64,000 nucleotides of DNA, from contig JAHLWS010000049.1 of the NCBI GenBank assembly GCA_019057795.1, positions 90,696 through 154,695 of the forward strand. The letters run 5' to 3'. This DNA is from Promethearchaeota archaeon (GTDB taxonomy: Archaea > Asgardarchaeota > Lokiarchaeia > Sigyniarchaeales > SOKP01). A program made the translations under genes and the position numbers. The notes beneath the pieces are model-generated. The model was not told the origin of the DNA and ran no database searches. It was given only the letters and a program-made list of their open reading frames with translations. Of the stretch, positions 40,299 to 50,370 are shown one piece after another. Positions within the stretch are counted from its first letter, which is position 1, and each line of letters begins with the position of its first letter.

Positions 40299-40306
40299 TA
40301 TTTAAA
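40299..40306 (-). promoter_or_regulatory. TATA box (TTTAAATA) for the putative ncRNA
   Basis: Ends 22 nt upstream of the terminal-stem 5' end, consistent with archaeal spacing. Confidence 0.5.
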
Positions 40307-40421
40307 TGTTATTATTAAATTAATTTCTAATTTACTCTTTTAGTAATAGAAAGTTTAATAAATCCGAAAGTTAACATTCCAGATAAGATTAATTACAGTA
40401 AATACTAATTATTGAGCGTTT

Positions 40422-40811
40422 ATGTCTGATAGCGGAATAATATCCATAAAAATTGATCTCTTCGGGATTGGGAGCGTATCTGCAAATATAATTCGACATT
40501 ATGCCCCCTTCTCTGCCGACGCTATTCTAAATAAGATGCCCTTTGTTCTAAAAGGTCGATTTAGTTTTGGAGCAAAAACCTATTGGACGCTTCCAGGTTT
40601 GGAATTATATAAAGGCCATAATTCGAAATCAATTAAAGTCGTTGAAAAAGGAGATATTATATATAACCCAAAAACTGATGAATTGATAATCCTTATAGAA
40701 AGTACAGAAATGCCAAACAAAATAAATAAGATTGGAAAAGTTACGGAAAATATAGAATTTTTTCTCCAAGCTAGAAATGGCTTAGGGACTAAACTCTCCA
40801 GAGTGAAATAG
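40422..40811 (+). CDS. Cyclophilin-like fold protein (DUF369/DUF3830-like)
   Basis: AP.SADAILNKMP, VEKGDIIY, INKIGKV. Confidence 0.6.
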   Translation: MSDSGIISIKIDLFGIGSVSANIIRHYAPFSADAILNKMPFVLKGRFSFGAKTYWTLPGLELYKGHNSKSIKVVEKGDIIYNPKTDELIILIESTEMPNKINKIGKVTENIEFFLQARNGLGTKLSRVK

Positions 40812-40828
40812 AAATCAAGGAGAACTAA

Positions 40829-41629
40829 ATGGCTATCTCGAATAAATTAACTGTTGTTTTCACTTTTTTCTACTTAGGGGTTATTATCTATTTGATCTTA
40901 TTCTTAACAGTTCCAGAGATTCAACAAGCAATAATTCTGTCAAGGCACGATATTACTGGACTTACAGACGGTTCCAATTATATCATAGCACTCTTAATCT
41001 CTTTTTTTATTTGTCTTATAGGAAACGCTAGTATAGGGTTTCCTATACCATATCCCTTTATTCTTTTTTCTTTTTCTAATTCAATTTATCTTAAATATTC
41101 AATTGCAGGGTTGACCTTGAGTGAAGTACTGATAAATGGTCCTTTTTGGTTAGAAATACTAGGAATCGCTGTTGTTGGCGGGTTGGGGAGCGCACTAGGC
41201 GAACTTGTAGGCTTCTTGATAGGAATTGGCGCAAAAAAAATTGCTAATAAAACTCACTCAAAAACACTTGCAAATATACAAGGATTCGGTAAGCTGGTAT
41301 TAGATCGCCCTAAATCCATGCATTTATACATATTTATTGCCGCAGCCCTGCCAATTCCCGACGACCCTCTGTGGATCGCTTTAGGAATGTCAGATAAAAA
41401 AATAAATTTCTCTAGGTGCATTATATGGGCCTGGGCAGGAAAGAATATCACCACTCTATTCTATGTAATTTTCCCTTTATTAATTTTACTTGGATTTAGT
41501 GCTACTGGAATTGAACTTAATGATATCTCAAGCGTAATAACAGAATCTATAATGTTATTAATTACTCTAGCAATTATGCAATTCATTCTGCAATTTAATT
41601 GGGATAAATATCTTGATAAAGGAAGTTAG
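40829..41629 (+). CDS. DedA/VTT-like membrane protein
   Basis: GLGSALGELVGF.IG and AAALPIPDD. Confidence 0.7.
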   Translation: MAISNKLTVVFTFFYLGVIIYLILFLTVPEIQQAIILSRHDITGLTDGSNYIIALLISFFICLIGNASIGFPIPYPFILFSFSNSIYLKYSIAGLTLSEVLINGPFWLEILGIAVVGGLGSALGELVGFLIGIGAKKIANKTHSKTLANIQGFGKLVLDRPKSMHLYIFIAAALPIPDDPLWIALGMSDKKINFSRCIIWAWAGKNITTLFYVIFPLLILLGFSATGIELNDISSVITESIMLLITLAIMQFILQFNWDKYLDKGS

Positions 41630-41663
41630 AATAATTCAGAGCTCAAATAAATAAAATTGAACT

Positions 41664-41837
41664 TTATTTTTTCTTCTCTTCATTTCTTAAGCAGTTTTTA
41701 CAAACGAAGACTGTCTTCTCTTTATTTTTCGAATTTTCGTCTTGGTAAATTCTTTTGTAAATATAATCTCCGCATACCATACACAAAGTTGTGGTTCGCG
41801 TTTCGTTTAAGACGGGACCTAACTTGTCAAATGTCAT
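41664..41837 (-). CDS. Small 57-aa zinc-ribbon protein (below the ORF-track cutoff)
   Basis: MTFDKLGPVLNETRTTTLCMVCGDYIYKRIYQDENSKNKEKTVFVCKNCLRNEEKKK, with two CxxC motifs. Confidence 0.7.
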   Translation of the reverse strand: MTFDKLGPVLNETRTTTLCMVCGDYIYKRIYQDENSKNKEKTVFVCKNCLRNEEKKK

Positions 41838-41886
41838 AAATGGTTATCTACATCAATATAAGTTAATTTAATGTTGATTATAAAGT

Positions 41887-42225
41887 TTAGATTTTTGATT
41901 TTGAAATTGTAATTTCAATTTTACTAATTAAATCCTTTTTATTTCGATTATTTGAGTTATTTCTTCTATAATTGTTATTTCTTTTATAATTACCTTGCTG
42001 TCTTCTTTCGAAATAAGGACGACTTCCCAGTGAAACATTCTCTATTTCTACAGAAGGATACATGCGATTTCTTACAATTTCTGCTACTTCAACTGCAGTA
42101 GAAATCTCCTCGCCCTCTCCTTTTATTAATAACGATTTAGTACCCCCTGAAAAAGCAAAAATAGCTTCTTTTATTGTTTTTTCTTTATCTGCACGATTTC
42201 TTATTATTATATGTGTTGTAGGCAT
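41887..42225 (-). CDS. Alba family DNA/RNA-binding protein, divergent
   Basis: IKGEGEEISTAVEVAEIVRNR..ISKIEITI. Confidence 0.8.
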   Translation of the reverse strand: MPTTHIIIRNRADKEKTIKEAIFAFSGGTKSLLIKGEGEEISTAVEVAEIVRNRMYPSVEIENVSLGSRPYFERRQQGNYKRNNNYRRNNSNNRNKKDLISKIEITISKSKI

Positions 42226-42344
42226 GTAAGAATTTGTTAAGTTTGATTTAAAAGCAGATTAAGTATTAAATATTCTCCAAGTAATATAAAAGTTATTTAA
42301 ATTCAATACTTTGAAATCTTAAAAAATTTGTGAGAATTAGAAGT

Positions 42345-43565
42345 TCAAATATTAAATTCTGAACGAGAATTAAGATCATCTAATATCTTTTTATATTCAG
42401 AACTTCTTTCCTCAAAGTGTTCAATTATTTTCCTTTCATCTGTATCTAAATAATCAAATAGAGGAGAAATAATTTCAATACGCTTAGTAAACTCGTTCAT
42501 TAGTTTTTTATGCCATTCATTCGGCTTGGCTAGCATTGCTTTAATTTTTTTTTTAAATTTATCTTTCTTTTGTTCAACATCTTTCATTTGATTAGTTTTC
42601 TTTATCTTAATTAGACTATTTTCGCATTTTCTAAATTCTTTTTCTATTTTTTCTCTAAATTTAGGGATTCTATAAATTTTTTTGTCAATATCAGGATCCC
42701 ATTCGTATAAATAATAGTCATCCTCTTCAGCTTCTTTTTCGTCATCAGTTAATTTAATCTCTTTTTTCAAGACCATAATGAGACCAAAGTTTCTCTGGAG
42801 TTGAGCCAAATACCTTCGTCGTAAAATATCATCAATATACTTAACTTCCTTTAAAACATTTTTCATGTTTTTAAAAATTTTTTTAACTTCTTTTTCAGCG
42901 TTTTTTACCATTTTTTCTTTACTTAATTCAAATTTTAGTTCTATAGTATTAGAATAAGTAGCAAACATTCCGCGATCGGGGTTCTTTAGCCTTATTCCCG
43001 CAATTCCTAAGTAATAAGTACTAGACGCAATTTCAGTATGATCAAACACTAAAGCTATAGCAAAAGGATTTACACCTTGATAAAAAAGTTGCGTTTCAAT
43101 GTCTCTAGGCGAGAATATAAAGCCAATACCAGGGTGTGTATGCCACCACCCTACAAAGAAGTCTTCTTTATTATCTTGGATAGATCTTTCATAGACTGCC
43201 GTGTTAAATTGTGCTGTATCTACATAATGTTTGCTTTTATATTCAACATAGGCTCTATCACCAACCATCACGGGGATTGCATCTTTAATGATAACTTCTT
43301 TATTATCTTTTATCGAGCCTATTAGAATTCCATAAACTTCACGCCAAGCTTTTTGAGGTAAATCCTTATTTCCATATCGCATTGCGTAGCCAATAATTCG
43401 CCTATATGCGTTATATGAAATAAAAGTAGGAGTTTCCGCCGGATCTATACCATTTTTTTGAATATGATGTTCTTTTGTTGATAATTCAATAATATTATCT
43501 GATTTAGAAGTTAATTTTTCATCATCTTCTTTATCGATTTTGTTTTGTTCTCTTCCGCTCATCAA
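42345..43565 (-). CDS. JAB1/MPN (JAMM) metalloprotease with coiled-coil C-terminus
   Basis: EVYGILIG and VGWWHTHPGIGFIFSPRD, an intact HxH-x7-S-x2-D motif. Confidence 0.85.
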   Translation of the reverse strand: MMSGREQNKIDKEDDEKLTSKSDNIIELSTKEHHIQKNGIDPAETPTFISYNAYRRIIGYAMRYGNKDLPQKAWREVYGILIGSIKDNKEVIIKDAIPVMVGDRAYVEYKSKHYVDTAQFNTAVYERSIQDNKEDFFVGWWHTHPGIGFIFSPRDIETQLFYQGVNPFAIALVFDHTEIASSTYYLGIAGIRLKNPDRGMFATYSNTIELKFELSKEKMVKNAEKEVKKIFKNMKNVLKEVKYIDDILRRRYLAQLQRNFGLIMVLKKEIKLTDDEKEAEEDDYYLYEWDPDIDKKIYRIPKFREKIEKEFRKCENSLIKIKKTNQMKDVEQKKDKFKKKIKAMLAKPNEWHKKLMNEFTKRIEIISPLFDYLDTDERKIIEHFEERSSEYKKILDDLNSRSEFNI

Positions 43566-43667
43566 ATAATCAATTTCTAAAGTATTTTGACAAATTAATT
43601 ATAAATTAATGGCTTTTATTCTTTTATAGTCTTATTATATTAATTCGAAAAACATTCTTAAAAAGTT

Positions 43668-44210
43668 ATGAAAGTTATTGGGTTTTGCGGGCTTCCGGGT
43701 TCTGGTAAATCATCTGCTTTAATTGCGGTTGAAGATTTAGGTATAATAATAACGATGGGCGATGTGATTAGGAAAGAGGCTATAAATAAAAATATCGAGC
43801 CTAATAACGAAAATTTGGGTAAAATAGCCAAAGAATTAAGAGAACGAGGGGGTGATGCGATTGTGGCAGAAAAGTCGGTTGAGATGATTAAAAACCAAAC
43901 AAATAAAGTAGTTTTTGTGGATGGGATAAGATCTCTATCTGAAATAGAAATATTTCGTAGATATTGGAAATTTCCGGTTATTGTTATTGAAACTAGTAAT
44001 GAATTGCGACATGAAAGGATAAAAAAGCGTGCTCGTAGCGACGATTCAAAAACTCTTATAGAAATTATGAAACGGGATAAGAGAGAGTTAGGATTTGGCC
44101 TTAAAGAAGTAATTAATAAAGCCAACTACAAAATAATGAACGATTCTTCTAAAGAAAAATTAAAAAAAATAACAAGAGAAATAGTTTTAGAAATAATTCA
44201 GAATTATTAG
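43668..44210 (+). CDS. P-loop kinase (UPF0200, dephospho-CoA/adenylate kinase-like)
   Basis: GLPGSGKS, MGDVIR, VDGIRS, RDKRELGFG. Confidence 0.85.
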   Translation: MKVIGFCGLPGSGKSSALIAVEDLGIIITMGDVIRKEAINKNIEPNNENLGKIAKELRERGGDAIVAEKSVEMIKNQTNKVVFVDGIRSLSEIEIFRRYWKFPVIVIETSNELRHERIKKRARSDDSKTLIEIMKRDKRELGFGLKEVINKANYKIMNDSSKEKLKKITREIVLEIIQNY

Positions 44211-44216
44211 AAGCAG

Positions 44217-45125
44217 TTAATCGAATTTTAAATAATCTGCTATAGTTTTAGCTAAAGATACTTTAGCTACTTCGTTATCAATTGAATCAGTACCTATGAT
44301 ATAATCTGCTCCAGCTTTTAAGATGCGATACTTCGCATGCTGCAACATTAAAGCGTGTGTTGCCACAGCAAATACTTTTTTAGCTCCACTATCTTTAGAT
44401 AATCTGATTGCTGTTGCCATCGTTCCTCCTGTTGCGATAATATCATCTGCAATGACTACATCTTTATTTTTCAAACTTAAATTGCCCGTCATAGTTATTT
44501 CCCCGGTTTTAATGTTGCGAGTTTTATCAAAATAATCAACAAGTACATGTTCTCCAAAATGTTTTGCAAAAGCTTTAGATCTTTCAACTGCACCTTTGTC
44601 AGGTGAAACAACAACAATGTCTTTTTCACTTAACGACTTAATGTAATCTGCTAATATCTTCATTGAATCAATATTAATTGTTTTACACGATAAATTTTCT
44701 AAAATTTCAGGAGAATGAACATCTACAGTATAGAATTCATCTATACCTAAAGAATTAATTATACGTAAAATCACGTGAGCAAAAGGACATTCACCAGGTC
44801 TAAATACTTTATCTTGCCTAGCATAAGCAAGGTAAGGTACTACGATGGTTATTTTGCTTGCCCCCATTCGTTTAACGGAATCTACCATCATTATTAGTTC
44901 AATTAGTCTTGAATTTTGGTTGCCGCAAAAATTTGGTCCTGTTGATTGAACGATGATGACTGCTTTTCCTTCTATTATAGTTTCATCTTCAATGTTAATT
45001 CTCAGATAATTCTCTCCGTCAGGAAACGTTTTAAATTCAGTATTTATCGATTCAATACTTAATTCATTAGCAATCTTTACTCCCAGCATTTGAGAAGCTG
45101 GACCTACGATAAGAATTTTTTCCAT
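44217..45125 (-). CDS. prs: Ribose-phosphate pyrophosphokinase
   Basis: FPDGE, PYLAYARQD, SPDKGA, DDIIATGGT. Confidence 0.95.
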   Translation of the reverse strand: MEKILIVGPASQMLGVKIANELSIESINTEFKTFPDGENYLRINIEDETIIEGKAVIIVQSTGPNFCGNQNSRLIELIMMVDSVKRMGASKITIVVPYLAYARQDKVFRPGECPFAHVILRIINSLGIDEFYTVDVHSPEILENLSCKTINIDSMKILADYIKSLSEKDIVVVSPDKGAVERSKAFAKHFGEHVLVDYFDKTRNIKTGEITMTGNLSLKNKDVVIADDIIATGGTMATAIRLSKDSGAKKVFAVATHALMLQHAKYRILKAGADYIIGTDSIDNEVAKVSLAKTIADYLKFD

Positions 45126-45178
45126 AAAATACCACTTTATCTATTTGGAATTTAACATTTTAATTAATGAATTCTTTC

Positions 45179-45898
45179 TTATATTTTTTTTAAAAATTCA
45201 AGAGAAATGTTGAAAATTTCTTCTCTATGCCCCTTGAATGAATGACCCCCTGTTTCGAATTGTACTACATTTTCCTTCTTTAGTCCAAGATGGTTTTTTA
45301 TTTGGTCTAAATTCTCAAAAGGAATTCTTTGATCGTCTTTACAATGAGCAATCAGTATTCTCTCATTATTTTTCGGATCTTTATTTAAATGATATTTAGG
45401 GCTTATAAGTTTTATAATATCATCAGGGAATTTTATTCTTGTTGTTATATAATCATAACGAGTACACAGTGCTATTAACTTTTTTATCCTCTTATCAAGA
45501 AACCCGTGAGTTAAAATAATTGCTCCTCCCAAACTTCTGCCAAATAATACTATCTGACAGTCTAATAATTTTTCTGATTGCTCATTTACAACCCAACTAA
45601 TTACTTCTTTAATATCTGAAAATATTTTAGCAACCATTTTATCCCATCTTGAACCCGTTTGCTTTTTGGTCTCTCCATGTGCGCGGTAATCATACGATAA
45701 GACGTAAAATCCAGCACTCGCAAACTTTTCTGTAAACAACTTTACAAAATAACTTTCTCTATGATCTAATAATCCTGCAAGGTTTATTATAAATGGGGCT
45801 TTTGGAGGCGTATTCAAGGAGTAATAAATTGAACCTTTGAGCTTTATATTATCAGATTCTATCGGAATTTCTATGTTTTCAATTTCTACAGTAGTCAT
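45179..45898 (-). CDS. Alpha/beta hydrolase
   Basis: DYRAHGE, GRSLGG, HCKDD, GGHSF. Confidence 0.85.
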   Translation of the reverse strand: MTTVEIENIEIPIESDNIKLKGSIYYSLNTPPKAPFIINLAGLLDHRESYFVKLFTEKFASAGFYVLSYDYRAHGETKKQTGSRWDKMVAKIFSDIKEVISWVVNEQSEKLLDCQIVLFGRSLGGAIILTHGFLDKRIKKLIALCTRYDYITTRIKFPDDIIKLISPKYHLNKDPKNNERILIAHCKDDQRIPFENLDQIKNHLGLKKENVVQFETGGHSFKGHREEIFNISLEFLKKI

Positions 45899-45909
45899 GT
45901 TAAGATTAA

Positions 45910-46350
45910 TTAAACCTTATAGTTTTTATATTTTTCAATTAGACTCTTTAAAGTTCTCACAGTTAATTCTAAACAATGTTTATGATCGTCCGGTAAACCG
46001 TGTAACTCGCGATCTATATCTTCTGGTTTCAAATTCTCTGCAAATTCAATAGGTTTTCCTTCAATTAATAATGTAGTTTGACTTCCTGTTGCTACCGTAG
46101 CACCACAACCATCAGTATAAAAATTTGCGCTTTCAATTATTCCATTTTTAATTGTTAAATAAAATTCCATGGTGTCATTACATGGTCCTTTATATGAATG
46201 GGAAACTGTGAAATTAGACGGTATTCCCCAATTTTTTGGATTATGAAATAAAGCAACTACATGTTTGTTAAAAGCTTTAGTCTCTTCATCTATTATCTCT
46301 TGTTGGAGTCTCTCAACAAACTTATCAAAATCATCCTCATCTTCAGGCAT
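45910..46350 (-). CDS. IscU/NifU-like Fe-S scaffold protein
   Basis: NPKNWG, GPCNDTM, GCGATVATGS, HKHC. Confidence 0.88.
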   Translation of the reverse strand: MPEDEDDFDKFVERLQQEIIDEETKAFNKHVVALFHNPKNWGIPSNFTVSHSYKGPCNDTMEFYLTIKNGIIESANFYTDGCGATVATGSQTTLLIEGKPIEFAENLKPEDIDRELHGLPDDHKHCLELTVRTLKSLIEKYKNYKV

Positions 46351-46351
46351 G

Positions 46352-46639
46352 TTATTTGCTATCCTCTAAATGGTTCAAAATATGTTTCTCTAAACGTTCT
46401 TTTCTTATAATTTCGTTTGGAGCTTTATTATATTTATCTAAAATGCCTAAAATTTCCCGATTTAAGGCGTCGTGTTCGCGTAAACAACTACTTTTTTTCA
46501 AAAATTCCTCTCCGTGCCTTAATGCGACTAAATTTTCCGTAATTTTCATTAATTCCGTAGCAATAATACTGTTAATGTAAATTAAATCTGAATACATATT
46601 TTTCATATATATGCCTAATTTTAATTGGTCAGCAGACAT
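46352..46639 (-). CDS. Hypothetical protein
   Basis: ORF tightly packed in a minus-strand gene run. Confidence 0.65.
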   Translation of the reverse strand: MSADQLKLGIYMKNMYSDLIYINSIIATELMKITENLVALRHGEEFLKKSSCLREHDALNREILGILDKYNKAPNEIIRKERLEKHILNHLEDSK

Positions 46640-46675
46640 ATGCACTAAAACTTATTATTAGATATAAAAGTAATT

Positions 46676-48370
46676 TTAAAATGAAAAAGCAAAATAAATT
46701 GCTATATATATTAAGGCTCCAATAATGAAGGCACCTATGGCCCCCAATCTCGTGAAAAAGGTTTTCTTCATGTCGGGTTTTAGAACTTCCTTCGGGAAAG
46801 CTTTCAGATTCTTTAGATATTTATTGATAAGACGGTCTTCTTTTAAATCTAAAGTAATTGGAATTCTATAGGTTATAGATGCGGTGTTAAATTGAACAAC
46901 ATCGATTGGAAGGCATAAATAAAATATTATGAAAATAATCACCACAAACAATAACGAAGTGCTTAGGAGGTTATCAATTATTAAAGCCATTGTATCAGCA
47001 ATTACCCAACCTTCTACTTGTTGAATCGTCATAAATACCAGTAATCCGCTTATTCCAAATACATCAAAGAAATCTAATTTTCTATACCACTTTCTCACAT
47101 TGATCGACTCTACATTATTTGCGGCAACATAGTGGAATTTATAGTAAAATGATCGTTTGAACCTAAATTTCTTTAATTCTTCGTCAAACTGTAGTATATC
47201 TCCATCTTTACTACCAAAATCGTAAAACAGAGATTTTACTATTAGCATTAAACCATACATTAAGGAGATCCACCAAACTAAAGGACCAAAAAATAACATC
47301 TGCGTTAGCATAACTATTGCAAATATTATTAAAAACAATCCAAAGCCTAATTTGAATAATTGAAAATTAGTCGTACTTACATCTGAAAATAATCCACTCT
47401 TATTTAATTCCTCTCCTTCTCGTAAATTTGGATTACAATCTAAATAAGTGCTAAAATCCTCCTTGAACTGAGATTGTTGTTTTAATTTCACGGGAGAAAA
47501 CCACATTTCATAAAGCCTCTCCTTTGTAGCGATTTCAAAATAGTTTTGCTGAAACATAACCAAAATAATTAAGGCAATGACGTCTAAAATAGAAATAACG
47601 ACAAAAGTCCAAGATAGTACAAATTCTGGTCCTGCCCTTTCAGCAGCAAATAAGGGGATTGCTGTCATAAGTTGTAAAACGATAAAAGGAATCATTATTA
47701 TAATCCAAGCTAATTTCGGGCCCGCGTGATTATTTTGATATCGAAGTACTTCAATGTCCTTCTTAGGAATCTCCGTTAACCACGGAAACCCAGGTCTTAT
47801 TTCGTAAAAGAAAAGAAAATTCTTTGATCTAGAGAACACTCCCCGAAAGGGACTCAATAGAAAATATATTAGTAAACCCAGCCCAATTCCTAGCATTGGA
47901 AGACCCGTAACATAAAACCACGATGGTCCGCCAAGGAAAACAGCGCTCCCATATTTTATTTCGTGACCAATATCACCTCCGAATATAAGAAAAGAAAATA
48001 TGCCAACAATGATTAAAAGTAATGCAGCTATACCTCTTGTTAATGTAATTGAATTAAATTTAACGAATTCTTCTATTGGTTCTCTTAAATCGCGCATTCT
48101 TTTTATTGTCAAAGAATTTTCCCGGATGTAATAGGGCGTAATGAAAAATTTTGATGTTATTATCCCTCCAAAAACAATTATTAGGATATCAACAAATAAC
48201 GAGAGATTAATTCCTTCGAGGGTTATTTCAAAATCAAATCCCGTAAATAAGAATAAAAATCCTAAAAACATTATAAAAAGACCAGTAAGTAGAAAAATAA
48301 AGCGTAAGATTCGCTTTTTAGGGTGTGTTAATTTTAATTTTTCAATTTCTTCGTTGTTTAAATAACTCAT
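46676..48370 (-). CDS. Multi-pass membrane protein of unknown function
   Basis: About 12 TM segments in repeated pairs. Confidence 0.7.
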   Translation of the reverse strand: MSYLNNEEIEKLKLTHPKKRILRFIFLLTGLFIMFLGFLFLFTGFDFEITLEGINLSLFVDILIIVFGGIITSKFFITPYYIRENSLTIKRMRDLREPIEEFVKFNSITLTRGIAALLLIIVGIFSFLIFGGDIGHEIKYGSAVFLGGPSWFYVTGLPMLGIGLGLLIYFLLSPFRGVFSRSKNFLFFYEIRPGFPWLTEIPKKDIEVLRYQNNHAGPKLAWIIIMIPFIVLQLMTAIPLFAAERAGPEFVLSWTFVVISILDVIALIILVMFQQNYFEIATKERLYEMWFSPVKLKQQSQFKEDFSTYLDCNPNLREGEELNKSGLFSDVSTTNFQLFKLGFGLFLIIFAIVMLTQMLFFGPLVWWISLMYGLMLIVKSLFYDFGSKDGDILQFDEELKKFRFKRSFYYKFHYVAANNVESINVRKWYRKLDFFDVFGISGLLVFMTIQQVEGWVIADTMALIIDNLLSTSLLFVVIIFIIFYLCLPIDVVQFNTASITYRIPITLDLKEDRLINKYLKNLKAFPKEVLKPDMKKTFFTRLGAIGAFIIGALIYIAIYFAFSF

Positions 48371-48496
48371 CAGATGCACATTAATTTATCAAAACTATTA
48401 ATATATCTTTTGTTTTTATCTTTAATAAAATTGCAATTTTAAAAAATTTAAAAATGATTGATTTCAATTATTAATAAATTTAGATTTAAATAGAAA

Positions 48497-48970
48497 ATGG
48501 ATTATAAAAACTTTCACGACGGTTTATTATCAATATCGTTAATTCAATTTATTATATCGCTTACTTTTTTAATAGGTTCGATAGTTTTAAAACCCTTTAT
48601 TGCCTTGGAACCTAAAGAAAGAGATTATATCGTTTTATTAACAGTATTAAATATAAGTTTTAGCATCTACTACATAATAGAAGCGTTAAGATTAGAAAAC
48701 GTTTTTAAACTGGAAGACAAGCATGTTATTAAATTTGGAAAAAGGATTGGAATCGTATCTTTAGTCTATTTACCCTTATATTTTACATTTTTCTCACTTT
48801 TATTTCTTAATTTGCACGAGTTGCAAGTGATGATGGTTTACTTAATTCTCATTATAGAAACATTGTTACTTGGGGTTGTATTTAAAGAAGTTTACGATCT
48901 TCTCTTTATATCTGAAGCTGAAAGAAAGTTTGAATTAGAAAAAAATCGTAAATTATACTTAGAACCTTAA
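48497..48970 (+). CDS. Four-TM membrane protein
   Basis: Hydrophobic segments. Confidence 0.65.
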   Translation: MDYKNFHDGLLSISLIQFIISLTFLIGSIVLKPFIALEPKERDYIVLLTVLNISFSIYYIIEALRLENVFKLEDKHVIKFGKRIGIVSLVYLPLYFTFFSLLFLNLHELQVMMVYLILIIETLLLGVVFKEVYDLLFISEAERKFELEKNRKLYLEP

Positions 48971-49029
48971 GAAGATTATTAAATTCAGTGTAATAAAAAA
49001 TTTTAGATAAAAAGATATTTTCTCTTGAA

Positions 49030-50268
49030 TTACATTTTAGCTAATTTTTCTAATGCGGTGTCGCACATTTTAAGTTTCGTGCTATATTTTTCCATAAGTT
49101 CTGCCCATTTTTCCACTTCAATTTCCTTATTATCTTTTAGCACTTTCAATTCATTAATAGTTCTTACGATGCCAGCTTTTTTGTCTATCAATCGCTCTCG
49201 TCTACTATACGGTATTTTTTGTTCCAGTTTTCTTTTTTGGAACGATTTAAACCTCTTAATGTTTAAATCCTTAGGTACAAATTTGGTTAAATATATGGTG
49301 CTTTTTGGAACGAACGGTGCTAAATTTTCTGGGATAATAATAATTGGTTCAGGATCCTGAATTCTTTTAATCTCGTCGTAATTTAAAATATCCATTGGAT
49401 TTTCTTTCAATATATCCGTAACAATAGCCAAATTGCCGTCAATATTGCTTTTTTCTTCGCTTGATAAATCAGATAACTCTTGGAGCATTTCTTTCCAGAT
49501 TTCTTTAGATTTATCGTAATAGAAATTTGCTTTTTGTTGTAACTTTCTAACTTTGTCTTTATTAATATTTGTAATCGAAGATTCTAACGAAGCTTGAGCT
49601 TTAAGATTGCAAGCTTTACCCATATCAAAGTGAAATTGAGCTCTTAGTTGTTGTTTTTTCTTCTCTTCGTGTTTTTTCAAATAAAATAATCTTTTTGATA
49701 AAGAGCTTAATCCCGAGTATAATTTTGAAGCGAAATAGGTATTATAAGAATTTTCTTCCTTTAAAGCAGCAATGCTTTGTGCTAAGATTCGTGCCTCCTC
49801 TGAATTCAATTCGAGATTTTCAGATGAAAGAGTTACTCCTAATTCAGTCTGATTAATAGATGCAGCACTAAAATACGCGGCAGTTTTGTACATTTTGCTG
49901 CATTCTACCATCGCTATTATCGCATCTTCCCAATCTTCCCCATCTTCAAATTTTTCTGATATATGAGAATAGCCTCTTGCCATCACCCATAAAGTACGTG
50001 CACACTCAAACATCAAATCTCTTATTTTAATTTCCTTGTTGTTGTCTAAAGGTTCTAAAAAATTCGGTGTGATGTCTAAATCTTTTAAAATTTTAATATG
50101 CTCTTCACTTTGATAGTTAATGTTTAAAATTTTAGTGTAATCTAAAACAAGGTTTAAATCGTCTAAACTAAAACTTTCTTCTTCTTTTTCTAAAGCTTCT
50201 TCAATTTTCTTTATTTTATAATGCAGATATCTAATACGCTGCATTATCTCGTTTGTAAAAAAAGTCAT
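49030..50268 (-). CDS. Hypothetical alpha-helical protein
   Basis: Long ORF with helical-repeat-like composition. Confidence 0.7.
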   Translation of the reverse strand: MTFFTNEIMQRIRYLHYKIKKIEEALEKEEESFSLDDLNLVLDYTKILNINYQSEEHIKILKDLDITPNFLEPLDNNKEIKIRDLMFECARTLWVMARGYSHISEKFEDGEDWEDAIIAMVECSKMYKTAAYFSAASINQTELGVTLSSENLELNSEEARILAQSIAALKEENSYNTYFASKLYSGLSSLSKRLFYLKKHEEKKKQQLRAQFHFDMGKACNLKAQASLESSITNINKDKVRKLQQKANFYYDKSKEIWKEMLQELSDLSSEEKSNIDGNLAIVTDILKENPMDILNYDEIKRIQDPEPIIIIPENLAPFVPKSTIYLTKFVPKDLNIKRFKSFQKRKLEQKIPYSRRERLIDKKAGIVRTINELKVLKDNKEIEVEKWAELMEKYSTKLKMCDTALEKLAKM

Positions 50269-50370
50269 ATTCCACACTTATAGTTTTTTGTTTAAATTTC
50301 AGTTAATTAAAATAATTTAATCATCATTTTAAAACCATTTTAAAAATATGAAAATTAATATAAATTAAAA

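Noticed and set aside
41657-41839. 60-aa plus-strand ORF
   Set aside because: Shadow of the minus-strand zinc-ribbon gene
43658-44125. 155-aa minus-strand ORF and other short antisense ORFs in the track
   Set aside because: Antisense shadows of well-supported genes
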